Source: Deltaproteobacteria bacterium (GTDB lineage Bacteria > JAEEML01). Taken from it: a DNA stretch of 40,229 bases. Below, in pieces: positions 25,134 to 35,400 of this stretch. The translations under genes were made by a program, and so were the position numbers. Position 1 is the first letter of the stretch; each line of letters starts with the position of its first letter. The DNA lies in contig JAEEML010000057.1 of assembly GCA_016283195.1 (NCBI GenBank), positions 1 through 40,229 on the forward strand, read 5' to 3'. Below the pieces are notes generated by a model, which did no database searches, was not told where the DNA came from, and saw nothing but the letters and a program-made list of their open reading frames with translations.

Positions 25134-26167
25134 TATTTATCTCCGCCGGCCGGCCGGCCATCTTTGGAAACATGCCGTTCCAGGCGGGCGAGGCGCACAG
25201 CCAGTTCATCGAGCTTGCTAAAGAGCAGGCTCACTTTGAGCCATTTTATATGCGGAATAGCTGGGGCGCCGGCCACTTTTGCGCCATTTTCCAGCGATTT
25301 TGCTACGCCGGCCTGCCCGGCTACCACCACATCATTGCCGATGGTTATATGGCCGTTAATGCCGGCCTGGCCGGCGATGATGACCCGGCTGCCAATAGTG
25401 GTTGAGCCGGCCACGCCGCTCTGGGCACAGAGGACGCTATCCGGCCCGATTTGCACATTATGGGCCACCATGACCAGATTATCTATTTTGGTGCCGCGGC
25501 CGATTCTCGTCACCCCAAAGGTGGCCCGGTCGATAGTGGCTCCGGCACCCACTTCCACTTCGTCTTCCAGCTCTACGATGCCAAGTTGCGGGATTTTATG
25601 GCGCTTACCCTTAGCATCCGGGGCATAGCCAAAGCCATCGGAGCCGATTATCGCTCCGGCATAGAGAATAACATTTTTACCCAGGCGGCAGCCCGGCAAA
25701 ACTTTGGCTCCCGGGTGGAGCAGGGAGGCGGGGCCGATAAGTGCGCCCTCGCCAATATAATTTTGCGCTTTTAAAATAGCTTCGGGGCCGATTTTGGCAC
25801 CTGCTTCAATAACGCAGCCGGGGCCGATATAGGAATTGGGGGCTATTTCGGCACTTTCGGCGATAATAGCCGAGGGATGGATGCCCCATTCCGGCCGGTT
25901 ACCAGCAGCGAGTTTTTGCGCAATAACGGCCATAGCCAGGTATGGATCGGCTACGACAATCTGGGGAATAGGGAGATCCGGCGCTTCCTTAGGCAAAATA
26001 ACGGCAGCGGCTTTAGTGGTAGAAAGCTTATCCTTAAAAGCCGGATTGGCCAAAAAGGTGATTTCTCCCGGGCCGGCCTCATCGAGCCCGGAAAGGGCAG
26101 AAATATCGACGTCCTCGCCGAAAAGGCGACCATTCGCCAAAGCGGCGAGGGCGGAAAGCTTTACCAT
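25133..26167 (-). CDS. lpxD: UDP-3-O-acylglucosamine N-acyltransferase
   Basis: ITFLAN, DPYLA, IGSDGFGY, KIPQLG, IDRATFG, TKIDNLVMVAHNVQIG. Confidence 0.97.
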   Translation of the reverse strand: MVKLSALAALANGRLFGEDVDISALSGLDEAGPGEITFLANPAFKDKLSTTKAAAVILPKEAPDLPIPQIVVADPYLAMAVIAQKLAAGNRPEWGIHPSAIIAESAEIAPNSYIGPGCVIEAGAKIGPEAILKAQNYIGEGALIGPASLLHPGAKVLPGCRLGKNVILYAGAIIGSDGFGYAPDAKGKRHKIPQLGIVELEDEVEVGAGATIDRATFGVTRIGRGTKIDNLVMVAHNVQIGPDSVLCAQSGVAGSTTIGSRVIIAGQAGINGHITIGNDVVVAGQAGVAKSLENGAKVAGAPAIPHIKWLKVSLLFSKLDELAVRLARLERHVSKDGRPAGGDK

Positions 26168-26170
26168 GAT

Positions 26171-26728
26171 TTATTTGCCTTTGGGTGCGGAAGCGGGATG
26201 GTTTTTATTATATTGAGTAATGACTTGATCGGTTAAATCGAGGTGGCGCTTATAATAGAGCACCGAGGCCTTGATTTCGCTATTGTCCAAAATCATGTCA
26301 TAGCCGTCGCGGTCGCCGATGGCTTCCACAATTTTGCGGATTTTGCCGTGAATCTGAGCAGCTATTTCGGCCTCTTTTTCGGCCAGCTCATTTTGCAATT
26401 TGGAAAGGGTTTGTTGCATTTCCATATATTTTTCGGAAAGTTGCTTTTGCGTTGAGGCTTGCACTTCCGGCTTCATCATATTTTTGCCGCGCTCAAAATC
26501 CTGGTATTGACGCTCAAAATCCTTTTGCAAGGCGTCAAGCTGGCTCTGTTTCTTTTTGAAATCGTCTTGTAATTGATTTCTGGCTACTTTGGCTTCGTTG
26601 ACTTCAGCTACAATGCGTGCCAAGTTGACATAGCCCACTTTGAAGGCTTTTTGCTGGGCAAAAGCAGCCGTAGAACTAAGCATAACAATAGAAAGGGCAA
26701 TAAAAACAGCTCGGATACTTTTAATCAT
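26171..26728 (-). CDS. skp: OmpH/Skp periplasmic chaperone
   Basis: Signal peptide, KVGYVN, long coiled coil, GYDMILD, DLTDQV; upstream of lpxD. Confidence 0.92.
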   Translation of the reverse strand: MIKSIRAVFIALSIVMLSSTAAFAQQKAFKVGYVNLARIVAEVNEAKVARNQLQDDFKKKQSQLDALQKDFERQYQDFERGKNMMKPEVQASTQKQLSEKYMEMQQTLSKLQNELAEKEAEIAAQIHGKIRKIVEAIGDRDGYDMILDNSEIKASVLYYKRHLDLTDQVITQYNKNHPASAPKGK

Positions 26729-26824
26729 ATTATTTACCTCCAGCCGCGTGCGGCAAAAGTTCTTTAGCTTTGTATAGGAAAGCTGAGTTTAGGTCAAGGG
26801 GTTAGGAGAGAGAGACAGGCAAAG

Positions 26825-29311
26825 TCAGTTGGCTTTGCAACCGGAGACAATAGCGTTGACGTTGTCGTTCTTGAAGGTGTAGGAGACGTTGCTGTTACAC
26901 ACAGGAGCGCTGGCAGCTGTGCAATCGCTGCTTGCCGAGCAGGCGCTGTAGCAGGTTTTGGTATCTTGCATACAGAAACCGCTTTGGCAATCTTCGTTGT
27001 TCATACAGGCAGCGCCGGCAACATAAGAACCGACATTAAGGGCGCAAATCATACGCTCGGCACATTTGCTCACCAGACCTTCACGGATTTGACAGGTGCG
27101 GCCCTCACCGATGGCATCGACACACTGTTTATCGCTGTGACAGGTGGTGCGGTCAAAAGGATCATTGGGGGTAATAACGCGGGCAAACTCGGCTTCCATG
27201 GTGCCTTTGATGCTGGCAGAGTTTTGGCCGAGGTAGATATTACCTTGAAGATCGATAGCCAGGTGGTCGGCTTGCAAATCCTGGTTGGTATCTATTAAGA
27301 GGTTGGTAGCCGATTTGGTATCATTGGTTTGCAATTTTAAGTTGTAATTTTCGGTGCCGCTCACTGAGAGAGAATTAACTTTATCATCAATGACATCGCC
27401 GCCGGCTTTTATTAACTGCACAACAGTGTTAGCAATTGAACCGCAGTTTAGATCCCAAATATATGAACCGTCGGGTTGTTTTACAGGGTTAATATGGCAA
27501 GTAGGCATACATGTGTCATAAGCTACGCCGCCGAAGAAGCTAAGAGAGCCTAACCAGCAGGCCACATTTTCCACAGGTATTAATTTCATCAGCACATCGT
27601 TAAAGGTGACAACGCCGTCCATTTTGGTGATGGCCGGGAAGGCCACATTCTTTAAGACGTACATGATAATTTTGCCGTAATTTAAGGAAAGCACATGTTC
27701 ATCTATGACCAGCTCATAAGCCGATTGGCCGGTGATTGTAGCAGCCTTGGCCCGGCCGGTAAATTTGCCGCTTGCGGCATCCAGCTTATTGTTAACGGAA
27801 TTGCCGGCGCCAAAGACAGTTTCGCCGCAGCATTTGTCATTGGGCGAGCAGTTCTTGCCGAGCGTCCAGGTAAACATATAAGAATTCCAGCGCTCTTCAC
27901 CTTCTAATGTGTAATTTCCGGCTTTAGCAGGATCTTCCTGAGATTTGGTGATTTCAAATTCGCCGCCTACGACTAAGTTTTGCACCATAGCGGAGATGGA
28001 ATTACCAACTTCAAAGATGGAGCCGACCCAGCTCGGGGAGTAACCAAAGACCAGAATATTGATAAATTCTCTGGCTTTGATGCTGTCGCCTTTGGCGTAA
28101 GTAGAGCAGTTGTCGTTGTGCTCCGGGCCGCAGGTATTGGCATTGGTTCCGCAGTTGGCAGCATCAACGGCGCCGGTCATGCAGGAGCAGCTATATCTTA
28201 TTGTTTCGTGATTGCCGCTGGTGGAGCGATAATCCCAATAAAACATTTTGGTATCGCTGTTCATATCGCCATCGGGTTCTTCATTGTTAATGGGATCCGG
28301 CTGGCCGTCATGTTTGGTACAAAAAGCCTGAGCGCCGATGCCGGCAGCAGCATCAACAAAAGAAGGAATATATTGCACAATGGTGTTGCCACTATTTTCG
28401 GCAAAGCTGGCAGCAAAATCAAAAATCCATTTTCCGGGGTTTTCAAAGAAATTAAGCACTTGTCTGACAATGTAAACAGCTGAGACATTGCCGTTCTCGT
28501 CTCTCCAGCTATCGGCCTCTTTAAATACGCTCAAAAGATCCAATTTAGTGGCCATTTGGTAAGTGCCGGTGAAGCTGGTGGGCAGCAGAGTGAGATCCAC
28601 GGATTCATCAATAATTTTGCGGCCGATGATAGCGGCAGACTGTTTGCAGCCGTGAGCGATTTCATTGCCCTCGGGGCCATAGCCGATGACGGAGATAGTG
28701 AATCTGTCGCCTTCGTGCAAATCGGGGAAGAGCACCGGGATGGAAGCGCTAAGAGAATCTTGTGTGGCTTGGGATTCCGGCAAAGTGGACCAATCGTTAA
28801 AATTGGCACAATCAAAGAGCGGCTCGGGATGAATTCTGGTGGATAATTTGCTGAAGTTTATGGAGACTTTATCGGGTACGCCATAGTAAACTCTTAAGCT
28901 GCCGATATCGGCGCCGTTGACATCAATGGCAAATTGCACCTCTTTAGCATTGCTGGAAGAGGCTTTGACAAAGAACTGGGCTTTAACTTCGCCGGCTTTG
29001 ATATCGGTAGCGGCATTACCGGCGTCATCGGTATAAACTTCCTGCTCGCTTAAAGTGGCGCCATTGGCGGCGCCGGTGATAAGGAAGGAGACTTTGCGAT
29101 CCGATACAGGAGAACCATCGGATTTATAGCGGGCACGCACACTGATAGTGCGTGTCTCTTTGAAGCCAAGCATGATAGTTTGGTCGCCAACTATTTCCAG
29201 AGTAATCGGCTCCGGTTCCTCATTTTCCGGTGTCGCCTCCTGGCTACAATTAACACTGGTCAGGGTTAAAAGAGCAGCCAGAGCTACTCCCCACCATTTT
29301 GAATACTTCAT
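26825..29311 (-). CDS. Cys-rich lipoprotein with an N-terminal Ig-like (Big_1-type) domain
   Basis: GAGAGGTG RBS favours ATG 29311; signal ending SVNC; V.F......A.LS....TDDAG.A Ig motif; C-terminal C...EDCQSGFC and CS.SSDC repeats. Confidence 0.8.
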   Translation of the reverse strand: MKYSKWWGVALAALLTLTSVNCSQEATPENEEPEPITLEIVGDQTIMLGFKETRTISVRARYKSDGSPVSDRKVSFLITGAANGATLSEQEVYTDDAGNAATDIKAGEVKAQFFVKASSSNAKEVQFAIDVNGADIGSLRVYYGVPDKVSINFSKLSTRIHPEPLFDCANFNDWSTLPESQATQDSLSASIPVLFPDLHEGDRFTISVIGYGPEGNEIAHGCKQSAAIIGRKIIDESVDLTLLPTSFTGTYQMATKLDLLSVFKEADSWRDENGNVSAVYIVRQVLNFFENPGKWIFDFAASFAENSGNTIVQYIPSFVDAAAGIGAQAFCTKHDGQPDPINNEEPDGDMNSDTKMFYWDYRSTSGNHETIRYSCSCMTGAVDAANCGTNANTCGPEHNDNCSTYAKGDSIKAREFINILVFGYSPSWVGSIFEVGNSISAMVQNLVVGGEFEITKSQEDPAKAGNYTLEGEERWNSYMFTWTLGKNCSPNDKCCGETVFGAGNSVNNKLDAASGKFTGRAKAATITGQSAYELVIDEHVLSLNYGKIIMYVLKNVAFPAITKMDGVVTFNDVLMKLIPVENVACWLGSLSFFGGVAYDTCMPTCHINPVKQPDGSYIWDLNCGSIANTVVQLIKAGGDVIDDKVNSLSVSGTENYNLKLQTNDTKSATNLLIDTNQDLQADHLAIDLQGNIYLGQNSASIKGTMEAEFARVITPNDPFDRTTCHSDKQCVDAIGEGRTCQIREGLVSKCAERMICALNVGSYVAGAACMNNEDCQSGFCMQDTKTCYSACSASSDCTAASAPVCNSNVSYTFKNDNVNAIVSGCKAN

Positions 29312-29353
29312 TTTACACCTCTCTCCGGATAATTCCGGTAACATACTCTGCCC

Positions 29354-29382
29354 ATTCTAGGTAAAAGGCGAGTTCTTAGCAA
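29354..29382 (-). promoter_or_regulatory. Putative sigma70 promoter
   Basis: Minus strand TTGCTA-N17-TAGAAT. Confidence 0.5.
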
Positions 29383-29390
29383 ATAAAATT

Positions 29391-32300
29391 TCAAAATAGG
29401 CCAATAGAAAAATGTAACTGAAAAATTCCTTCGCCTAAACTGCGCCGGGGGAAGGGGTCAAAGCCAAAGTCTAAAGCCAGCGGACCGAGCGGTGTTTCGT
29501 AGCGCAGGCCAAAGCCCACTCCAAAACGGGGCGGGGTGGTAAAAAGTGCCGGAAAATCCATCACCAGGTTGCCAAGGTCGGCAAAGAGGCCCAAAGAGAG
29601 CTGGCCGTAAAGCCTAAGCCGCCCTTCAAGGCGCAAAACGCCATAGGTGCGCCCGCCTTTGGTTTGCACATAATAGCTGCCGTCGCTCTGCTCTATGGCG
29701 TAAAGAGTGTCGTTGCAACCGCCGCCCTGGTAAATAGCGTGGCCATCGGGAGCCAAAACGCAGACATCGGCCGGAATAATAGAGCGCTCAAAGTAGCCTC
29801 TCACCGAAGAACGGCCGCCAAAGAAGAAAGAATCGGAGATGGGGAAGGAACTGCCCAGGTTAAAAATTTGCCCTATATTGGTGGCAATGGCGATAGTCAG
29901 GCGGTCGCTGGCCGGAATATAAAAAGAGAATTGCCCCTCCAGCTTAAAGAAGCTAATCGGCTTGCCGATACCGTGAGAGTATTCTACCGACATATTGCTC
30001 CAAAAGCCGCGGTGGGGGTTGAAGGAATTATCGCGGAAATCGAGCTTTAGGCGGGGAATAATTTTATAAAGAGTATAAGTGCCGGCATCAATACGCTTGA
30101 TATTGCCGCGATCGTCAACCGGGTTGGAGCAGTCGTCGCCGGTGACGCATTGCAGCGAATTATAGACAATGGATTGCTCCAGCTGCACAGCCAGTTGGCG
30201 CCTGGGCTTATAACTTATGCCCAAAATGGCTGAGGAAGAGTCGAGACTATAGGAAAGCGTATTATCGCGCTCATTTAAAAGCGAGAGGGTGAGGGAGATG
30301 GCCCGGGGCAGAAAACCCACATAAGGAGCGTTTAAAGAGATTAAAATCTGGCGCTCCAAAGCTTCGGTAAAAGGCTCATATTGCTGGTAGCGGCGGGCCA
30401 TTTGCTCGCCTTCGACGCCGTAGAGAGAAAAGAAAAACTGGCGGTTTAATTTAATGGAAGTGGAGAGACCCAAAGCAATGCCAAAGAGATTTAAATGGCT
30501 ATATTGAATGCTGGCTCTTATGCCGTCTTCGGTGGAAAGGCCTACGCCGGCGCCAAGATTCTGGCGCGGCCGCTCGGTGATTTTTACCACAATATCTTTT
30601 TGCGGGGCCGGGACACTGGGCTCTACCAGCTCGATATTAGCCATAGAAAAAACGCCCAGGCCGATGAGGTACTGGCGCGAGCGGCGGGCCTGCTCCGGGG
30701 TGAAAACATCGCCGCTTTTTAAAGTCATTTGGGCCAAAATAACCCGTTGGCGGATATGGTGGCGCCCCTGGATGATAATCATGCCCACCCGCACTTTGGG
30801 GCCGGGGATGACCTCTATTTGCACATCGGCCAGAGTGTTATCGGCATAAAGGGTGCTGTTTATATTGACTCCGGCATAAATGTGCCCTCTTGAACTATAA
30901 TAATCCAAAATGGCTTCGCGGCTCTCTTCGATGGCTGTTTCGCTCAAAGGCACCCCCGGCCTCAGGGCGATGGTTTTGGCAAAAAGAGCTTCTTCTTTGG
31001 CGCTTAATTTGCCGGAAATTGTTACATTATTAACTATTGTTTGCGTGCCCTCGGCAATATTTATAAAAACCAGGAGCGTTTTGCCGTCCGGGGCCATTTC
31101 CACTCGCGGAGAGTTTATTTTTACTTTTAAAAAACCGTTGGTGCGATAGATACCGGTAAGGTGCTGGAGCCCTTTTTCATATAGCTCGGCAATATATACA
31201 TGTGTGGGGTCCAGAGAGAGAATAGAGGGCTTATTTAGATGCGGATGGCCGCTCTCGCCGCCCAAGTTGTTTTCGCGGCCGATAGTCGGGCCGGTGAGTC
31301 TGGCTTCGTCATCGCTATCCAGAAGCTGACCCATGATGGAACTTGCGGCCAGCTCGCGCATTTGAGCAAAAAGCTCTTCTTCCAAAAATCTGTGCGTAAA
31401 GTATTCCTGGCCCAAAAAGAAGACTTTGCTCACCGGCAAATAGGGGCCCTCGATTATGTCAATAGTGTAAATTTTGCTGGTATTATCGCTGGTTAAATCT
31501 ATTCTGTTTTTAAGTTCTACTTGGTAATAGCCCCGGGCCAGGTAGCTCTCTTTTATGGAGCTTAAAAAGTTTTCCAGCGTGGTGCGGTTTAAAGCTTCGC
31601 CGGAACGCAGTTTTAGAAGGGAGATGAGGTAGCTGTCGCTCAAAACAGTATTGCCGTTAAAGGCAAATTTGATGCGTCGGCCGGCATTTATGGGAATATT
31701 TATCTCGGCCAGAGCATCGTTTTGCAAGACATCAGGTTCGCCGATGGTGCTCTCCAAAAAGCCCTTGGCGCGGTAGGCTTTTAATAAATTTTCCAGGTCG
31801 CTGGCTAAAATATCGCTGTCATAGATAATGTCCGGCTTTGATTTCATAGCCCTTAGGAGGACTGCGCTGTCCAAAGCCGGTGTGCCGGTGATGGCTATTT
31901 TTTTTATAATGGTCGGCTCGCCGATGTAAACAAAAACACCCAAACTTATTTTGGAATTATGCTCGATAGATAGCTCTTTTACATTTACGCTTGCGGCATA
32001 ATAGCCCCTTTTGTGCAAAAATGTCAGCACATCGCTAGCTATGCTGTCATAGGTGTCTAAATCTATTTCATCGCCGATTTTGGCTGCCAGGCTGTTTCTT
32101 AGTTGTCTTTCATCTATTTTGCCAAAAAGTCCAATAAAAGCAATATCTTCTATGTAACGCTTGGCTTTTAGCGTCACCAAAAGGGTGACGCCGTTGCCCT
32201 GGCGGCCGGCGTTGATATCGATATATTCAAAGCGCCCGGAGTTATAAAGGCGCAAGGTGGCGACACGTAGAGCCTGGCGCGAGAAGGTGGAGCCCACGGC

Positions 32301-32468
32301 GATACCCAAAAGGCGGCGCACCTCTTCTTCGTTTTCGCCCTCCGGCAAATCAATGTTAATTTCGCTGATGGGCAAATCATTAAAAATAGCCAGCGAGTTC
32401 GGCGACTGCGCGCCGGGGGTTGGTGCAGCGGCCAGAAAAGCCAGGAGAAGGGGCAAAAAAAGGCTCAT
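29391..32468 (-). CDS. BamA/TamA family outer membrane protein with multiple POTRA domains
   Basis: Repeated Y...GY/F POTRA motifs; DFRDNSFNP.RG; FFFGGRSSVRGY; G.GLRYETPLGPLALDFG; terminal LHFSIGLF; ATGA overlap with tamB. Confidence 0.92.
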   Translation of the reverse strand: MSLFLPLLLAFLAAAPTPGAQSPNSLAIFNDLPISEINIDLPEGENEEEVRRLLGIAVGSTFSRQALRVATLRLYNSGRFEYIDINAGRQGNGVTLLVTLKAKRYIEDIAFIGLFGKIDERQLRNSLAAKIGDEIDLDTYDSIASDVLTFLHKRGYYAASVNVKELSIEHNSKISLGVFVYIGEPTIIKKIAITGTPALDSAVLLRAMKSKPDIIYDSDILASDLENLLKAYRAKGFLESTIGEPDVLQNDALAEINIPINAGRRIKFAFNGNTVLSDSYLISLLKLRSGEALNRTTLENFLSSIKESYLARGYYQVELKNRIDLTSDNTSKIYTIDIIEGPYLPVSKVFFLGQEYFTHRFLEEELFAQMRELAASSIMGQLLDSDDEARLTGPTIGRENNLGGESGHPHLNKPSILSLDPTHVYIAELYEKGLQHLTGIYRTNGFLKVKINSPRVEMAPDGKTLLVFINIAEGTQTIVNNVTISGKLSAKEEALFAKTIALRPGVPLSETAIEESREAILDYYSSRGHIYAGVNINSTLYADNTLADVQIEVIPGPKVRVGMIIIQGRHHIRQRVILAQMTLKSGDVFTPEQARRSRQYLIGLGVFSMANIELVEPSVPAPQKDIVVKITERPRQNLGAGVGLSTEDGIRASIQYSHLNLFGIALGLSTSIKLNRQFFFSLYGVEGEQMARRYQQYEPFTEALERQILISLNAPYVGFLPRAISLTLSLLNERDNTLSYSLDSSSAILGISYKPRRQLAVQLEQSIVYNSLQCVTGDDCSNPVDDRGNIKRIDAGTYTLYKIIPRLKLDFRDNSFNPHRGFWSNMSVEYSHGIGKPISFFKLEGQFSFYIPASDRLTIAIATNIGQIFNLGSSFPISDSFFFGGRSSVRGYFERSIIPADVCVLAPDGHAIYQGGGCNDTLYAIEQSDGSYYVQTKGGRTYGVLRLEGRLRLYGQLSLGLFADLGNLVMDFPALFTTPPRFGVGFGLRYETPLGPLALDFGFDPFPRRSLGEGIFQLHFSIGLF

Positions 32469-35400
32469 TGGAACTCCAGTTTTAATTGGAGATCAAGGCC
32501 AAAGTCACCCACCGGTACATCGCTGGCACTCTGCCAGCTGAGGCCCACTTTGGAGCGCTCGGTAAGGCTGTATTCCATCTCCAGGCGCTGGTCTGATACC
32601 TCATCGAGTGAGGCCGAAAGGCCCATGTGCAGCTGTGAAGTAAGGCGAAAATCGAGAGCCACCCAGGGAGCTGTTCTGGCGGTGCGCTTGCTGTAACCGG
32701 AAGTGAGGCGGAAAGAATCAATGGGCAGGGGAATAACCTCTTTGGCTTTTTCATCCAGGCCGGTGAGCGAGGTTAAAAGCTCCAAAGAGCCTGGTAAATA
32801 GGCGTTGGCATTATCGGAATTTGCAGTGGCATATTCATCATAAGTGCTTGATTTAAATCCAAATTGCAAACATCTAAGCACTTCTTCGTTGGGCACATCG
32901 CGGCCTTCGCTGGTCTTGCCGCTGGCGGTTAAAAGCTTTTCTTTATCGGCTTCCCACTCGATATTTAAGCTGACATTGTCGCTGCAAGCCACTGTTTCCA
33001 GTTGCAGCGATACACGCGGATATATGCGATATTTTTGAGTAAATTCAATGGTTGCCTGGTTTATGGTAAAAGTATTGTTGTGGTATTTTACCACCGCCGA
33101 GAGCGGATGCACCACTCCCAAAAGGCCCATGCGGGCATTGGTGCCGGTTAATTGCAAATCGGCGGCAAATTCGCCGTTTACCAGGTTGTTGTTGATAATC
33201 ATATTCTTGGGAGCGCTAAGATTTACTTCGAGAGCCAGCCACTCTTCCTCGGTTTCCAAATTGGAAATAATGGTGGGGCGGCGGGCAAAAGAGGGCAAAA
33301 GAGCGTCTAAAGTTACATCTTTGGTGTAACTGAGCTCATTAAAAAGTATGGTGCCGGAGAGCTTGTACTTTTGGCTATCGGCCGCTGTGAGGGCCAGTTG
33401 GCCGCCCAAAGCGGCATTTAAGCCGGGCAGGGGATTAATAATAATATTTTTGAGCGCCAGCTGAAAATTAGGCACAAATTGGCCTTCGTCCAGAGTGTAT
33501 GTACCGCTGCCGATAAGGGTGCCGCCGCCCAGCTCGCCTTTTAAACTGTCGATAAAAAGGCCCTGCGGCCCCATGGTGAACTGGCCGTTTATATTTTGAA
33601 TGGGCTCGTTATTTAGTAGAGCCAGAGTGAGAGAGGCGCCTTTAAGTGAGCCGCTGCCCATAATGAGCGGGGCATCAAGAGAGCCGCTGACACTGCCGGA
33701 TACTTTGAATTTGCCCTCAGCCTGGGTTATCTCTTCAAACATGGCACTTAAAATAGCGGCTTCGGCCTCACCGGAAAAAGCGAGCGACAGGTTGCCATCA
33801 AAACTCAGCGTGCCGCCCAGAGCGGCATTTAACCCCTGGCCTTTAAAAGCGGTGCGCGGCAGTTCCAGGCTGCGCCCTTTCAGGCGCACGGTTACCGGAG
33901 CGGAGAGAGCCACTTCGGCTTTTTCCATGCCCAGGCGGAAGGCTTTTAGGGCTATTTCGCCGTAAACGCTATTAAAGTGGTTAAGTTGCCCTTTGAGCTG
34001 GGCCTCGCCGCTGGTCTCGCCGAAAAAATCCTCTAATTCCAGCATCTTGGTATATGGTAAATCGGTAAATTTCACGGCCAGTTGCCAGGGATTGGCCGGG
34101 CCGGAGAGCTCTAGTTCACCAGCGGCCGCAAGGCCTATTTGTGAGGAAATGGCGCTGATTTTAAGTTTGGTCCCTTCTAAGGTGATGGGCATTTTCAAGG
34201 AGCCAAAATCGATTTTTAAGGCTTTTACATCTTCGGCGGCAATGGCTACGCTGCCGGACCCCAGGCCGTGATTTACTTCCAGCGTACCGGCGATATCGGC
34301 TGTGCCGTCAATATCCAGGCCATTTTCTTTAAAAATTGATAAATCAAGATTTTTGCTGGTAATTTTTAAAAAGCCGTTTTCTTCTTCATAGAGATAACTG
34401 CCGCTTAAATTGAGTGCAGAATTCTTTTTATGGGCCGTAAGTTCGGCCGAGATACCATCGCCTAGAAGGTCGCTTTTTACGGTGACTTCATTTAGCGGCA
34501 GGGAAGCTATTACGGCTTCCTGGGTTTTTAAATCAATAGAACCGGTGAGGCGGTTAAAAGGGCCGTGAATGGCAAAATCGCCGTTTACCGCCCCTTTGAG
34601 GTCAAAAGGCAGCGTTAAAATATTATTGGCGGCGAGCTGCGGCATCAGTTTTTCCAGCGGTAAATCCTGCAAAGTAACGGTGGTATCCATGATAAAGTGG
34701 TCATCCGGATGCATATCGGTAATATAAGTGCCTTCGAAAGAGCCTTGGCCCAGTTTGGCATTTACCGAGGGCAGGGAGATAACAAGATCTTTATATTGCA
34801 GGGCAATATCGGCTTTATCGGCTTTTAGCCCCAAGACGCCGGCCTCTTTCATTTGCAAAGTGGCCGAAACTTCCGGATCGCTTAAGGGGCCTTCGATAAC
34901 CACGGCCATATCGCCTTTGCCACTCCAGGGCAGATCCACCAAAGCGGCCAGGTGGCTTAAATCCACTTTTTCGCCGCGAATGCGCATATAAAAGTAAAAA
35001 TCCCACCAGGAGAGGCCGCCGCTGGTCCAGAGAATGCCCCCTTTGGGGTGGCGCACCGGAATATTGTGAAATTCAATATCTTTATAAGTGATGGTGAGTG
35101 AGCCCTTTACTTTGAGCGGCGGCGTGTAAAAACCCAGGCGGGCTTTGGGGTCGCGGAAGTTATCGCCATAAACTAAAATGGTGTCGTCCATTAAATCGGC
35201 TTCGCCGGATATTTTAAAAGGCCAGAGGTTGCCGCGCATATTGGCTTTGCCGCTGGCTTCCAAAATAATGGGCACAAAATCAATGGGCACCACCTCCAAA
35301 AGGGGCGCGAGCGAAAAAGAGCCGATGGTCACCTGGGTGGTGATGGGAAAGTTTTCTGTTAAGCTGATATCGGCGTTGACCATGACTTCGCCTATCATGT

